Assembly: GCF_001457615.1 (NCBI RefSeq)
Contig: NZ_LN831024.1
Location: 2,490,001-2,522,000, forward strand
Source: Pseudomonas aeruginosa
GTDB taxonomy: Bacteria > Pseudomonadota > Gammaproteobacteria > Pseudomonadales > Pseudomonadaceae
Length of the DNA stretch: 32,000 nucleotides
Direction: 5' to 3'
Shown here: one piece after another, positions 1 to 10,619 of the stretch
Numbering within the stretch: position 1 is the stretch's first letter
Layout: each line of letters begins with the position of its first letter
Notes under the pieces: model-generated
The model's input: only the letters and a program-made list of their open reading frames with translations
The model's database searches: none
What the model was told of the DNA's origin: nothing
Position numbers and translations under genes: made by a program

Positions 1-2058
1 GCTCGACAGCGACTCGGTGACGTCACGGATCGCCGCGACATTGCGGTTGATCTCCTCGGCTACCGAGCTCTGTTCCTCGGCGGCGCTGGCAATCTGCAGG
101 TTCATGTCGTTGATCACCGTCACCGCCTCGCCGATCCGTTGCAGCGCGGCCACCGCTTCATCCACCTGCTCGACGCTGCCCTGGGCCTGGCGATGGCTGC
201 CATGCATGGCGTCGACCACGTCGCGGGTGCCCTGTTGCAGGCCTTCGATCACCCCGCGGATCTGTTCCACCGAGTCCTGGGTGCGCCGGGCGAGGTTGCG
301 CACTTCGTCGGCGACCACCGCGAAGCCGCGGCCGGCGTCGCCGGCGCGGGCCGCCTCGATGGCCGCGTTGAGCGCCAGCAGGTTGGTCTGCTCGGCGATG
401 GCGCGGATCACTTCCAGCACCGAACCGATTTCCTCGCTGCTGCTGGCCAGTTGCTCGACCTGGCCCATGGCGCTGGTCAGGTTGGCGGCCAGGCTGTCGA
501 TGCTCTGGGTGGTGCGGTCGATCAGCGCCAGGCCGTCGCGGGTCGCCTGGTCGGCACCGCGCGCGGCGTCGGCGGCCTGGGCGGCGCTACGGGCGACGTC
601 CTGGGCAGTGGCGGTCATCTCGTGGGATGCGGTGGCGACCTGGTCGATCTCGCGGAACTGCTGCTGCATGCCGGCGCTGGTCTGGCTGGAAATCGCCGCC
701 GACTGGTCGGCGGTACTGCGCGCATCGCGCACCGAGACCTTCACGTCGCGGATGATCGGCTGCAGCTTGTCGAGAAAACGGTTGAACCAACCGGCCAGTT
801 CGCCCAGCTCGTCGCGCCCGGTGTGCGGCAGACGCTGGGTCAGGTCGCCTTCGCCGCTGGCGATGTCGCGCAGCATGTGGGCGACGCCGAGGATCGGCCG
901 GGTCACGCCGCGGGCGCTCAGCCACAGCACCAGCAGGCCGAGCACCGCGGCGCCGAGGCCGAGGCCCAGTTCGACCCAGGTGCCTTCGCGACGCATGTCG
1001 TCCAGTTGCCGCTCCAGCGCCAGGGCCGGGCCGAGCAGGGCGCTCTTCGGCACTTCGAGGAGCACGCCCCAGGGCTTGGCGCCGGGAATCGGCTGCAACG
1101 GTTGCAGCACCTTGAGGTCGTCGTTCTCGTTGAACAACCGGCTCTTGCCGGCGGCCAGCAGTTGCAGGAGTTCGCCGGCGTGCTGCGGATCCGCCTTGGC
1201 CAGGTTCTTGCCGAGCAGGCCGGCGTCGCGGCTGTTGCCGGCGAACAGCCCGGCGGGGCTGAGGATGCCGACCTGGCCGACGCCGTCGTAGAGTTCGCGG
1301 TTGCCCTGTTCGCTGAGCGCCTGCAGGTTGCTCAGGTTGATGTCCAGGCCCATCACGCCGATCACCTTGCCATCCAGTTCGAGGGGAAAGGCGATGCTGG
1401 TCATCAGCAGTTGGCGTTCGCCGACCTTGTCGAAGTAAGGATCGAGCACGCAGGGTTGCCCGCTTTCCTTCGGGCAGGTGTACCAGGCGTTGTAGGCCGC
1501 GCCGCTGGGCCCGCTGCTGGTGTCGGCGAGTTCGGACTCGATCATCGACTCGGATTCCAGCTGTCCCGGCGTGGCCTGCGCCCAGTACAGGGAGAAGCGT
1601 CCCTTGTCGTTGCTGCCCAGGGCGGGCTGGTCGACGAACAGTTCGTCCTTGCCGTCCAGCGCATTGGGTTCGAAGACCACGTACAGGCCGAGCACCTCGG
1701 GATTGGCGGCGAGCGCGGTGCGCACCTGGCGGGTCAGGTCTTCGCGCAGGTCGTAGGCATCGAGGAAGCGCTTCTGCGCCTGGTCGCGGAGGAACAGGAT
1801 CTGCCGGGAGAAGCCCTTGCCGTACTGGAAGGCATCCATGAAATAGCGCTGGATGCGTAACGCCTGCAATTCCCCGCGGGCTTCCAGGCGCAGGCGCGCC
1901 GATTCGTCGAGCATCTGCGTACTGGCGCTTTTCACCAGCACGCTGCTGTGCTGCATGCGGTAGACCGAAAGGCCGACCAGCAAGGCGACCACGCCGAGCA
2001 GGCAGAGGCCTGCCAGCAGGGTGATCTTCCATTGGATGGACAGGCGGCGAAGGAACAT
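1..2058 (-). CDS. tlpQ: Methyl-accepting chemotaxis protein (N-terminal and most of the signalling domain; C-terminus beyond the left edge), TlpQ-like
   Basis: Minus-strand reading from ATG at 2058 gives [34 protein letters not shown] (TM1). Near the left edge it gives [35 protein letters not shown], a typical MCP signalling domain. Large periplasmic sensor region between. The symbol is based on recalled P. aeruginosa gene order next to ctpM. Confidence 0.88.
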   Translation of the reverse strand, partial: MFLRRLSIQWKITLLAGLCLLGVVALLVGLSVYRMQHSSVLVKSASTQMLDESARLRLEARGELQALRIQRYFMDAFQYGKGFSRQILFLRDQAQKRFLDAYDLREDLTRQVRTALAANPEVLGLYVVFEPNALDGKDELFVDQPALGSNDKGRFSLYWAQATPGQLESESMIESELADTSSGPSGAAYNAWYTCPKESGQPCVLDPYFDKVGERQLLMTSIAFPLELDGKVIGVMGLDINLSNLQALSEQGNRELYDGVGQVGILSPAGLFAGNSRDAGLLGKNLAKADPQHAGELLQLLAAGKSRLFNENDDLKVLQPLQPIPGAKPWGVLLEVPKSALLGPALALERQLDDMRREGTWVELGLGLGAAVLGLLVLWLSARGVTRPILGVAHMLRDIASGEGDLTQRLPHTGRDELGELAGWFNRFLDKLQPIIRDVKVSVRDARSTADQSAAISSQTSAGMQQQFREIDQVATASHEMTATAQDVARSAAQAADAARGADQATRDGLALIDRTTQSIDSLAANLTSAMGQVEQLASSSEEIGSVLEVIRAIAEQTNLLALNAAIEAARAGDAGRGFAVVADEVRNLARRTQDSVEQIRGVIEGLQQGTRDVVDAMHGSHRQAQGSVEQVDEAVAALQRIGEAVTVINDMNLQIASAAEEQSSVAEEINRNVAAIRDVTESLSS

Positions 2059-2316
2059 GGGAGGGGTCCTTGTACGAAGAAACTGCGGGGGCCCAAGGCT
2101 TATCGGCAGGGCTCGCCCATTCTTGACGACGGTCCGTTCGCTGGCGCCGGATTGCCGTCGTTCGGCGAATCGCACGCAAGAACCGTGCACAACGGTTTAT
2201 AACCAGGCGACATTCGCGCATGCGCGGCTTTGACAGGCGGGGATGGCTGTAGCAGAGTACGCCCCTTTTTTCGGTCGCAGGCGGCCGAGTTCGTTTCATT
2301 TGCAAGGAGTTCAACG

Positions 2317-3642
2317 ATGAACGCAGTGGTGCTGGCGGTGGGGGTGATGCTCGTCCTCAGCCTTTGCCGTGTGCATGTCGTGCTGGCGCTGATCATCGGC
2401 GCGGTGGTCGGCGGACTGTTCGGTGGCCTAGGCCTGGAGGGGACTCTCAAGGCCTTCAACGGCGGCCTCGGCGGGGGTGCCACGGTGGCCCTGTCGTACG
2501 CCATGCTCGGCGCCTTCGCCGTGGCCATCGCCCGCTCCGGCGTGGCCCATGCGCTGGCCGACAAGGTCCTGGCGCTGCTCGGCCGGCACGACGAGCAGGG
2601 CAAGGGCGCCGGTGCGTTCAAGTGGATCCTGGTCGGCCTGCTGCTCTGCGTGGCGGTATCCTCGCAGAATATCCTGCCGATCCATATCGCCTTCATCCCG
2701 CTGCTGGTGCCGCCGCTGCTCTATGTGCTGAGCAAGCTGCAGATCGACCGGCGATTGATCGCCTGCGTCATCACCTTCGGCCTGATCACCCCGTACATGT
2801 TCCTGCCGGTGGGCTTCGGCAACATCTTCCTCAATGAAATCCTGCTGGCCAACGTGGCGCGCAACGGCGTCGACGTCAGCGGGATCAACGTCACCCACGC
2901 CATGTTCATCCCAGCCCTGGGCATGCTCGCCGGGTTGCTCATCGCGGTGCTGTTCAGCTACCGCCGCAAGCGCGTCTACGACTTGCAGCGGATCGAGCAG
3001 GCCGAACGCGTCGATGTCAGCTACAACCCGAAGAGCCTGGCGGTGGCCGGGGTATCCATCGTCGCCGCGTTCGTCGCACAGCTGTGGCTGGACTCGATGA
3101 TCATCGGCGCGCTGGTCGGTTTCGTGGTCTTCTCGCTGTCCGGCGTGGTGCGCTGGAAGGAGACCGACGACCTGTTCACCGAAGGCATGAAGATGATGGC
3201 CACCATCGGTTTCATCATGATCGCCGCGGCCGGTTTCGCCGAGGTGATGAAGGCCACCGGCGAGGTGCAGAGCCTGGTCGACGCCTCGGTGGCCTGGATC
3301 GGCAACAGCAAGGCGGTCGGCGCCATGCTGATGCTGCTGGTCGGCCTGCTGGTCACCATGGGCATCGGCTCGTCGTTCTCCACCGTGCCGATCATCGCCG
3401 CGATCTTCGTCCCGCTGGCGGTGCAACTGGGCTTCAGCCCGCTGGCCATCGTCAGCATCGTCGGCACCGCCGGCGCGCTGGGGGATGCAGGTTCTCCGGC
3501 GTCGGACTCGACCCTTGGGCCGACCTCCGGGCTCAACGTCGACGGCCAGCACAATCACATCTGGGACACCGTGGTGCCGACCTTCCTGCACTACAACCTG
3601 CCGTTGCTGGTGTTCGGCTGGGCCGCCGCGATGTTGCTCTGA
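2317..3642 (+). CDS. Na+/H+ antiporter (YuiF/GntP-like) family transporter
   Basis: ORF from ATG 2317 (preceded by AAGGAG) with about 11-12 hydrophobic segments: [39 protein letters not shown]...[35 protein letters not shown]. The longer ORF start at 2230 has no good RBS. Confidence 0.85.
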   Translation: MNAVVLAVGVMLVLSLCRVHVVLALIIGAVVGGLFGGLGLEGTLKAFNGGLGGGATVALSYAMLGAFAVAIARSGVAHALADKVLALLGRHDEQGKGAGAFKWILVGLLLCVAVSSQNILPIHIAFIPLLVPPLLYVLSKLQIDRRLIACVITFGLITPYMFLPVGFGNIFLNEILLANVARNGVDVSGINVTHAMFIPALGMLAGLLIAVLFSYRRKRVYDLQRIEQAERVDVSYNPKSLAVAGVSIVAAFVAQLWLDSMIIGALVGFVVFSLSGVVRWKETDDLFTEGMKMMATIGFIMIAAAGFAEVMKATGEVQSLVDASVAWIGNSKAVGAMLMLLVGLLVTMGIGSSFSTVPIIAAIFVPLAVQLGFSPLAIVSIVGTAGALGDAGSPASDSTLGPTSGLNVDGQHNHIWDTVVPTFLHYNLPLLVFGWAAAMLL

Positions 3643-3711
3643 GTTCCATCTCGGGCGGTCGCCTGACGGAATGTCGGGCCGGCCGCTTAAGCTTCCGACG
3701 GGATTGCCGAT

Positions 3712-3732
3712 GAAACGGGAATCCCGTTTTTT
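3712..3732 (+). terminator. Intrinsic terminator downstream of the antiporter-family gene
   Basis: AAACGGG-AAT-CCCGTTT stem followed by a run of T (TTTTTT, 3727-3732). Confidence 0.75.
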
Positions 3733-3755
3733 ATTGGGCGTCATGCTAGGAGTTG

Positions 3756-5441
3756 ATGATGCGTCTGACCCTGAAATCCAAAGTCCTCCTGCTGGCCATG
3801 GTGCCGGTGCTGCTCTTCGCCCTGGTGCTCAGCGGCGGAGCGGTGCTGATCCTGAAAAAACAGGCTGATGCCGAAGTCAAGGATACCCGCGAGCGCCTGC
3901 TCGGCGACCGTCGTGCCGAACTCGAGCACTACGTGCAGATCGCCATGGGCAGTATCCAGGCCGAGTACGACCGCTCGGCCAACGGCGACCTGAATGCCCG
4001 CGCCGAGGCCATCGCGCGCCTGTCGAAGATCAAGTACGGCAAGGACGGCTATATCTTCGGCTACGACTCCCAGGTGGTGCGCCTGTTTCGCGGCGACAGC
4101 CCGGTGGACGTCGGCAAGAGCTTCCGCGACCGCCGCGATCCCAGCGGCGTCTACCTCAACCGCGAACTGGTGGAGGCCGGCCGCAACGGCAGCCACTACG
4201 TGACCTATACCTCGCCGCTGCCGGGCAACGAGAGCGTCATGGTGCCCAAGCTGTCCTACACCCTGTACCTGCCGAAGTGGGACATGGTTATCGGCTCGGC
4301 GATCAACCTCGACGGCGTCGAGGCCCAGTTGGTGGAAATCAAGCAGGACATCGACGAGCGTATCGGCACCCTGATCGCCAGTATCGTGGGGATCGCCGGC
4401 GTCCTTCTGGTGGTCCTGCTGGTGATCGGCCTGGCGGTGGCCAACGCGATGCTGCGGCCGTTGCACCAGATCCGCCAGAACCTCGATGACATCGCCGCCG
4501 GCGAAGGCGACCTGACCCGTCGCCTACCGGTGACCAGCCACGACGAGCTGGGCGAGCTGGCCGGTTCCTTCAACCGCTTCGTCGAGAAGATCCACGGTCT
4601 GGTGCGGCAGATCGCCGGGATGACCGGCGACCTCAAGCAACTGGTGGAGCAGATGTCGGCCCAGGCCGAGCGTTCCGAGCAGGCCATGGAGCGCCAGCGC
4701 CACGAGACCGACCAGGTCGCCACCGCGATCAACGAGATGTCCGCCGCCGCCCATGAAGTGGCGCAGAGCGCCCAGCGCGCCGCCGAGGCCGCGCAGCAGA
4801 CCGACCACGAAGGCCAGGCGGCCAAGCGCGTGGTGGACGGCAGCATCGAGCGCATCCACGCGCTGGTGGACGAGATCCGCGACAGCGGGACTTCTCTGGA
4901 TAGCCTGCAGCAGGACGTGCAATCCATCGTCAGTGTGCTCGGGGTGATCCGCTCCATTGCCGAACAGACCAACCTGCTGGCGCTCAACGCGGCCATCGAG
5001 GCGGCCCGTGCCGGCGAGGCCGGACGTGGCTTTGCGGTGGTCGCCGACGAAGTGCGGGCGCTGGCCAGCCGCACCCAGCAGAGTACCCAGGAAATCCAGG
5101 GCATGATCGATCGCCTGCAGCAGGGCACCAACGCCGCGGTCGACGCCATGCGCCGTTCCGGCGAGGCCGGCGAGGGCACCAGCAACCAGGCCAACCAGGC
5201 CGGCGATTCGCTGGATGCCATCGCCCAGCTGATCGCCACCATCAACGCGATGAACGCGCAGATCGCCAGCGCCGCCGAGGAACAGACCGCGGTGGCCGAG
5301 GAGATCAACCGCAGCGTGCACCAGATCGCCGGCGCGGTGGACAGCGTCGCCGACGAGGCCCAGCAGGGCGCGCAGACCGCCCGCAGCCTGGCGCAACTGG
5401 GCCAGGGCCTGGGCCGACTGGTCGGTCAGTTCCGCATCTGA
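3756..5441 (+). CDS. ctpM: Methyl-accepting chemotaxis protein with a small Cache periplasmic domain; likely malate receptor CtpM
   Basis: RBS AGGAG at 3750 region, tandem ATGs at 3756 and 3759; N-terminal TM, Cache-like region ([32 protein letters not shown]...[11 protein letters not shown]), HAMP, and conserved signalling tip [35 protein letters not shown]. Malate specificity is from recalled literature and locus identity. Confidence 0.9.
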   Translation: MMRLTLKSKVLLLAMVPVLLFALVLSGGAVLILKKQADAEVKDTRERLLGDRRAELEHYVQIAMGSIQAEYDRSANGDLNARAEAIARLSKIKYGKDGYIFGYDSQVVRLFRGDSPVDVGKSFRDRRDPSGVYLNRELVEAGRNGSHYVTYTSPLPGNESVMVPKLSYTLYLPKWDMVIGSAINLDGVEAQLVEIKQDIDERIGTLIASIVGIAGVLLVVLLVIGLAVANAMLRPLHQIRQNLDDIAAGEGDLTRRLPVTSHDELGELAGSFNRFVEKIHGLVRQIAGMTGDLKQLVEQMSAQAERSEQAMERQRHETDQVATAINEMSAAAHEVAQSAQRAAEAAQQTDHEGQAAKRVVDGSIERIHALVDEIRDSGTSLDSLQQDVQSIVSVLGVIRSIAEQTNLLALNAAIEAARAGEAGRGFAVVADEVRALASRTQQSTQEIQGMIDRLQQGTNAAVDAMRRSGEAGEGTSNQANQAGDSLDAIAQLIATINAMNAQIASAAEEQTAVAEEINRSVHQIAGAVDSVADEAQQGAQTARSLAQLGQGLGRLVGQFRI

Positions 5442-5600
5442 CCCTTCCCCCGCGCGACCGCTGCCGGCAAAAGAGCCAGCCGGCAGTGGTGCGCCACAGA
5501 GCCTTCCTGTCATTATTCGGCGGAGTCGGCCGGCAGTCGTGAACGATCCACGTCCGCCGGCTGACTAATGCTTTGCTTCCCACTGCCAGATGGATTGGAC

Positions 5601-6659
5601 ATGCTCGACACGAAACTGGAATCCCGGACTTTTCTCCTGTTGCTGGCGGTGGTCACGCTCGCCTTCGGCTGGCTCTTGCTGCCTTTCTACGGCGCGGTGT
5701 TCTGGGGCACCATCCTGGCGATCATCTTCGCCCCGGTGCAACGCCGCCTGCAGGTGCGCCTGAGGGATCGGAAGAACCTCGCCGCGCTGATCACCCTGCT
5801 GATCTGCGTGCTGATCGTGATCATCCCGGTGATCTTCATCGCCGGTTCGCTGGTGCAGGAAGGCGCGAGCGTCTACCAGCGGGTCAAGTCCGGCGAACTG
5901 AACTTCGCCGCCTACCTGCAGCAGGCGGTGGCCGCCTTGCCGCCATCGGTGCACCAGTGGCTGGAGCGCTTCGACCTGGCCAATCTCTCGAGCCTGCAGG
6001 AGAAGCTCTCCTCGGTGGCGATGCAGGCCAGCCAGGTGGTGGCGACCAAGGCGTTCAGCATCGGCCAGAACACCCTCGACTTCGTCATCAGCTTCGGCAT
6101 CATGCTCTACCTGCTGTTCTTCCTCCTCCGCGACGGTCGCGTGCTCGGCCGGCGGATCAAGCAGGCGGTGCCGCTGAGCCAGGAACACAAGCACCACCTG
6201 TTCGCCAAGTTCACCACGGTGATCCGCGCCACGGTGAAGGGCAACATCGCCGTGGCTGCCACCCAGGGCGCTCTCGGCGGTCTGATCTTCTGGCTGCTGG
6301 GCATCGAGGGCGCCTTGCTCTGGGGCACCCTGATGGCCTTCCTGTCGCTGCTGCCGGCCATCGGCGCGGCGCTGATCTGGGCGCCGGTGGCGGCCTATTT
6401 CCTGCTCACCGGGGCGATCTGGCAGGGCGTAGTGCTGATCCTGTTCTGTGTGGTGGTGATCGGCCTGGTGGACAACATCCTGCGCCCGATCCTGGTCGGC
6501 AAGGACACCAAGATGCCGGACTACGTGGTGCTGATCTCCACCCTCGGTGGCATGGCCCTGTTCGGCCTCAACGGCTTCGTCATCGGCCCGCTGATCGCTG
6601 CGCTGTTCATGGCCAGCTGGGACCTGTTCACTGGCCGCGAGGAAGAACCGCAGGCCTGA
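5601..6659 (+). CDS. AI-2E/PerM (YdiK-like) family transporter
   Basis: MLDTKLESRTFLLLLAVVTLAFGWLLLPFYGAVFWGTILAIIFAPVQRRL..., with the conserved C-terminal motif region LPAIGAALIWAPVAAYFLLTG...VGLVDNILRPILVGKDTKMPDYVVLISTLGGMALFGLNGFVIGPLIAALF. ATG at 5601 chosen over the upstream in-frame start. Confidence 0.88.
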   Translation: MLDTKLESRTFLLLLAVVTLAFGWLLLPFYGAVFWGTILAIIFAPVQRRLQVRLRDRKNLAALITLLICVLIVIIPVIFIAGSLVQEGASVYQRVKSGELNFAAYLQQAVAALPPSVHQWLERFDLANLSSLQEKLSSVAMQASQVVATKAFSIGQNTLDFVISFGIMLYLLFFLLRDGRVLGRRIKQAVPLSQEHKHHLFAKFTTVIRATVKGNIAVAATQGALGGLIFWLLGIEGALLWGTLMAFLSLLPAIGAALIWAPVAAYFLLTGAIWQGVVLILFCVVVIGLVDNILRPILVGKDTKMPDYVVLISTLGGMALFGLNGFVIGPLIAALFMASWDLFTGREEEPQA

Positions 6660-6675
6660 GTCGCGCCCGTGGCAG

Positions 6676-6701
6676 ACAAGCCCCGCGAATGCGGGGCTTG
6701 T
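6676..6701. terminator. Bidirectional hairpin terminator between the convergent AI-2E-family and rtcB-like genes
   Basis: Perfect 11-bp stem ACAAGCCCCGC-GAAT-GCGGGGCTTGT lying between convergent stop codons. Confidence 0.8.
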
Positions 6702-6706
6702 TCGTT

Positions 6707-8110
6707 TCAGGCCTTGAAGGTCAGCCACGGACGCAAGCGTGCCAGCGGCCGGATCAGCCCGGCACGCTCCTGGGCATCGATCACCGGCCCCACCGGCTTG
6801 TAGGCGCCCGGGGCCTCTTCGATGCGGCGCTCCTCACGGAGGGTCACGCAGTGCCAGGGCAGCGCGCTGTCGCCCGGGCCTTTCAGCGCTCGTAGCGCCT
6901 GCCGGCGGATGCTGCGGCCGGCCCCATGGCTGCAGGACCATAGCCAGTCCGGGTGGCCCAGGCCGCTGGCGATGTACGAGTAATCGCCCATCGAGCCGGG
7001 AATCAGCAGCAGATCGCCCTGGCGGGCCGGCGTGGCGCCCTTGCGGTGGAGATTCAGGCCCTGTTCCTGGAGCACCACGTTGTGCGGGACGTCCACCAGC
7101 AGGGCGCTGTCGTCGCGCTGGAAGGTCTCGCGCAAGACCTTGCGCACCAGCTCCGCCAGCACCACCCGGTTCAGCCAGGCATAGCGCGCAGCGCCACCCA
7201 TGGCCTGGAGGTATTCTCCGGCCAGCTCGCCGCCCAGCGCGTAGAGGCCGGACGCGGGGTGGCGCCGGCCGCGCGGCCAGGCGGTGCGGGCACGGTCCAT
7301 CCAGCGCTGGCCGACGTGGAAGCCGACATCGCGCGAGCCGCTGTGGATCATCACCACCAGTTCGTCGGCCCTGAGGCCCAGGGCGAAGGCCTGGTGGCGG
7401 TCGAGCAGGCGGTCCACCACCTGCAACTCGACGAAGTGATTGCCGGAACCGGTGGTACCCAGGCCGGGATCGCGGATCAGGCTGCGGCGGCGATCGCGCA
7501 AGGCCTCGGGGGCATACTCGAGACGCCCGCCGAATTCATCCAGGCCGATGCAGCCCTGTAACTCGCGGAACAGCCGCGCCTGGTCGACCTCGGCCCACAG
7601 GCCGTCTTCGCTGAGACGCTCCAGGCAGTGTCCGGGGCTTTCGGCGAACAGCGCTTCGAACGCCTGGACCCGCAATGGTACGTCGCGACCGTTACGCAGC
7701 AGGACGTGGGTCAGGCCGGCGACCAGGGCTTGCCTGTGCTCCTCGGCGCTGGACAGGGTCAGGCCGGTACGCAGCAGGCGCATGCCGCAATTGATGTCGG
7801 TGCCGATGGCAGCGGGAATGACGAAGTCCGCCGTACTGGCGACGATGGAGCCGACCGGGGCGATGCTGCCGGGATGGAAGTCCGGCGTGGCGCAGGCCTT
7901 GCAGACGTGCCCGGTGTCGCCGGGTGCCTGGACCGAGGCGAAGTCGAGCAACTGGCGCACGGCCTTTTCCTCCAGCGCGAAGCTGGCGGGCAGCAGGACC
8001 TGGGCCGAAGTACCGTCGTGACGACGGGTGAGGGTGACGATGTCCTGCTGGCGGTCGACGAGGATGCCGCTGCGCAGGAAGGCTTTTTCAAGCCGGGAAT
8101 GTTTGGACAT
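6707..8110 (-). CDS. RtcB-family RNA-splicing ligase (3'-phosphate/5'-OH ligase-like)
   Basis: 467-aa ORF with RtcB signature segments: GTDINCGMRLL (cf. DIGCGM), GTTGSGNHFVELQ, HSGSRDVG, DVPHNVV, CSHGAGRSIRR. Confidence 0.9.
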   Translation of the reverse strand: MSKHSRLEKAFLRSGILVDRQQDIVTLTRRHDGTSAQVLLPASFALEEKAVRQLLDFASVQAPGDTGHVCKACATPDFHPGSIAPVGSIVASTADFVIPAAIGTDINCGMRLLRTGLTLSSAEEHRQALVAGLTHVLLRNGRDVPLRVQAFEALFAESPGHCLERLSEDGLWAEVDQARLFRELQGCIGLDEFGGRLEYAPEALRDRRRSLIRDPGLGTTGSGNHFVELQVVDRLLDRHQAFALGLRADELVVMIHSGSRDVGFHVGQRWMDRARTAWPRGRRHPASGLYALGGELAGEYLQAMGGAARYAWLNRVVLAELVRKVLRETFQRDDSALLVDVPHNVVLQEQGLNLHRKGATPARQGDLLLIPGSMGDYSYIASGLGHPDWLWSCSHGAGRSIRRQALRALKGPGDSALPWHCVTLREERRIEEAPGAYKPVGPVIDAQERAGLIRPLARLRPWLTFKA

Positions 8111-8229
8111 GACAGTGCCGCTTTACAGACAATGCGAAGCCGTCCGGTGGAAACCGGAGGCTGGCGTCTTTCCGCTCAGCAGCACAGGCGGGAAGGGAGC
8201 GCGGACTCTAAGGTCCGCGCGCGCCGCTG

Positions 8230-9054
8230 TCAACCGGCGGCGGACCTCGGCTTGAGCGCGCAGGTGGCGAGGAAGGTCGGCATGAAGCGGTCGATGACGA
8301 AGCGCGGGTGCGGTTGCCAGTCTTCGTAGAAATCCTGCAGCAGCAGGCCGGCGGCGAGCTGGCCGGCGATCTGCTGGGTCAGGCTATGGCCGAACACCAG
8401 GGCTTCGCCTTTCTCGCGCTTTGCCGCGAGGGCTTCGGCGGAGAGGCTTTCCAGGTCGGAGTAGGGCAGGCGATGTCGCGGCCGGATCAGGCCCTGCTCT
8501 GCCAGTTCCGGCGAGCGGTCCTCGATGAACAGCGCCGGGTTGTAGAAGCTCGCCAGCAGCTTGCCGCCCGGCCGCAGCACCCGCGCGCATTCGCGCCAGA
8601 CCGGCAGGACATCGTCGACGTAGAGATTGGAGATGGGATTGAAGACCAGGTCGAAGGAGGCATCGGCGAAGGTCGAGAGGTCGCGCATGTCGCCCTGCAC
8701 GCAGGCCAGTTCGAGGCGGTCGCGGGCGGCGACCTGGCGGTCCTTGTCCAGCTGTCCCGCCGAGGCGTCGAACAGCGTGACCCGTGCGCCGGCGGCGGCA
8801 AGGATCGGCGCCTGCTGGCCGCCGGCCGAGGCCAGGCAGAGGATCTCGCGGCCGCGTACGTCGCCCAGCCAGTGAGCGGGTAACGCGCCCGGGGTCAGCT
8901 TCACCGCCCAGTCGCCGCGGCGTGCGGCGGCGACCTCTTCGGCGTTGACCGGTCGCGACCATTCGCAGTCACGGGCGGCCTGGGCGTCCCAACTGGCGCT
9001 GTTGTCGCAGGACGTCGATATCGTGGAAGGTGGGCATGAGGCCTCCGGGTTCAT
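8230..9054 (-). CDS. Class I SAM-dependent methyltransferase
   Basis: Segments ILCLASAGGQQAPILAAAGARVTLFDAS (motif I/post-I), FDLVFNPISNLYVDDVLPVWRECARVLRPGGKLL. The start is uncertain (ATG 9054 or a downstream alternative). Confidence 0.85.
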   Translation of the reverse strand: MNPEASCPPSTISTSCDNSASWDAQAARDCEWSRPVNAEEVAAARRGDWAVKLTPGALPAHWLGDVRGREILCLASAGGQQAPILAAAGARVTLFDASAGQLDKDRQVAARDRLELACVQGDMRDLSTFADASFDLVFNPISNLYVDDVLPVWRECARVLRPGGKLLASFYNPALFIEDRSPELAEQGLIRPRHRLPYSDLESLSAEALAAKREKGEALVFGHSLTQQIAGQLAAGLLLQDFYEDWQPHPRFVIDRFMPTFLATCALKPRSAAG

Positions 9055-9111
9055 CCATGGAGCGCGGAGCATGCCACGGCAGCGGGGCAGGGTGCGTGGG
9101 GCGGGCCAAAG

Positions 9112-9136
9112 AAAAACCCCGCCGAGGCGGGGTTTT
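9112..9136 (-). terminator. Intrinsic terminator of the nuo operon
   Basis: Minus strand AAAACCCCGCC-TC-GGCGGGGTTTTT, just downstream of the nuoN stop. Confidence 0.88.
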
Positions 9137-9151
9137 CGTGGAGCGGGCGAC

Positions 9152-10612
9152 TCAGCCGGCGAGGGCCAGGCCGGAATGCTGGAGGATTTCCAGCAGCGGC
9201 TGCGGGTAGACGCCGAGGAAGAACGCCAGCAGGGCGATGGCCACCAGCATGATGCCGCCGGCGCGCTGGCCCCAGTTGAACGGTGCGTCGTGCTGGCGGA
9301 TGCCGGGCTCGACCAGGAACAGGGTGACCATGACCCGCAGGTAGTAGTACAGGCCGATGGCGCTGCCCAGCACCAGGGCGCCGATCAGCCACCACAGGTG
9401 CGACTCGACGCCGACCGCGATCACGTAGAACTTGCCGATGAAGCCGGCGGTCAGCGGGATGCCTGCCAGCGACAGCATCATCACGGTCATCACCGCGGTC
9501 AGTACCGGCCGGCGCCAGAACAGGCCGCGGTACTCGAACAGCGCATCGGCGTCGCGGCCGCTGTACGGGGTGGACATCAGGGTGATCACGCCGAACGCGC
9601 CGAGGGAGGTCAGTACGTAGGTAGCCAGGTAGACGCCGACCGCTTCCACGGCCATGCCCTTGCTGGCGATCAGGGCGACCAGCAGGTAGCCCAGGTGGGC
9701 GATGGACGAGTAGCCGAGCAGGCGCTTGATGTTGCTCTGGGTCAGTGCCAGCAGGTTGCCGAAGAGGATCGAGGCGACCGCGATGACGCTCAGGGAGATG
9801 TTCAGCAGTTGGTTGTCCAGGGCCGCAGGGGCGATCTGGAACAGCCGCAGCAGCACGGCGAACACCGCGACCTTGCTGGCGGTGGCGAGGAACGCCGAGA
9901 CCGGCGCCGGGGCGCCTTCGTAGACATCCGGGGTCCACAGGTGGAAGGGCACCAGCGACAGCTTGAAGCCCAGGCCGACCAGCATCATGCCTACGCCAAC
10001 GCCGACCAGCGGACCGCTCAGCACGTGCTCGGCGACCTTGGCGCCAAGGCCGGCGAAGCCCAGGGTACCGGACTCGGCGTAGAGCAGGGCCATGCCGAAC
10101 AGCAGGAAGGCGGAGCCGGCGGCCGAGAGCACGGTGTACTTGATGCCGGCTTCCAGCGAGCGCTTGTTGAAGAAGGCGTAGGCGACCATCCCGTAGACCG
10201 GGACCGAGAGCAGCTCCAGGCCGATGAACAGGCTGGCCAGGTGCTGCGCGCTGACCAGCACCAGGCCGCCGGCGGTGGCCAGCAGCAGGAGCAGGTACAG
10301 CTCTTCGCGGTTACCCGGATAGCTTTCCATGTAGGCGTGGGCGAGGGTCACGCAGGCCAGGGCGGAGACCAGCACCAGGGCCATGTAGAAGCAGGCGTAG
10401 TTGTCCACCAGCACCAGCGGTGTCACCTCGATCGGGGTGACGCCGAGGACCGGCAGCAGCGACAGCAGGGCCAGGTTGAGGCCGATCACCGAGAGGGTGG
10501 CGGTGAACGAGTGATTGCGTTTCCAGGCTACCGCCAGCATCACCACCACCAGGGTGGCGCTGGTGATCAGCAGTGGCAGGAGCGCGATGAAGTGTTGGAT
10601 CGTAAAGGTCAT
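9152..10612 (-). CDS. nuoN: NADH-quinone oxidoreductase subunit N
   Basis: 486 aa from ATG 10612 ([26 protein letters not shown]...), antiporter-like polytopic protein in nuo operon order. Confidence 0.96.
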   Translation of the reverse strand: MTFTIQHFIALLPLLITSATLVVVMLAVAWKRNHSFTATLSVIGLNLALLSLLPVLGVTPIEVTPLVLVDNYACFYMALVLVSALACVTLAHAYMESYPGNREELYLLLLLATAGGLVLVSAQHLASLFIGLELLSVPVYGMVAYAFFNKRSLEAGIKYTVLSAAGSAFLLFGMALLYAESGTLGFAGLGAKVAEHVLSGPLVGVGVGMMLVGLGFKLSLVPFHLWTPDVYEGAPAPVSAFLATASKVAVFAVLLRLFQIAPAALDNQLLNISLSVIAVASILFGNLLALTQSNIKRLLGYSSIAHLGYLLVALIASKGMAVEAVGVYLATYVLTSLGAFGVITLMSTPYSGRDADALFEYRGLFWRRPVLTAVMTVMMLSLAGIPLTAGFIGKFYVIAVGVESHLWWLIGALVLGSAIGLYYYLRVMVTLFLVEPGIRQHDAPFNWGQRAGGIMLVAIALLAFFLGVYPQPLLEILQHSGLALAG

Positions 10613-10619
10613 TTCGCGA

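Noticed and set aside
17-1860. Long plus-strand ORFs (424 aa, 573 aa) over the left-edge chemoreceptor
   Set aside because: The minus strand gives a clear MCP sequence running off the edge, absent from the track because its stop is outside the window. The plus frames are compositional artefacts.
2230-2258. Possible promoter TTGACA with a weak downstream -10 before the transporter
   Set aside because: The -35 is good, but the -10 match at 17-nt spacing (CAGAGT) is only 3 of 6, so it is not listed as a feature.
5462-5487. Inverted repeat CTGCCGGC...GCCGGCAG after the second chemoreceptor
   Set aside because: 8-bp arms with a 10-nt loop and no T-run. Possibly a weak terminator or repeat relic, but such GC pairings are common by chance here.
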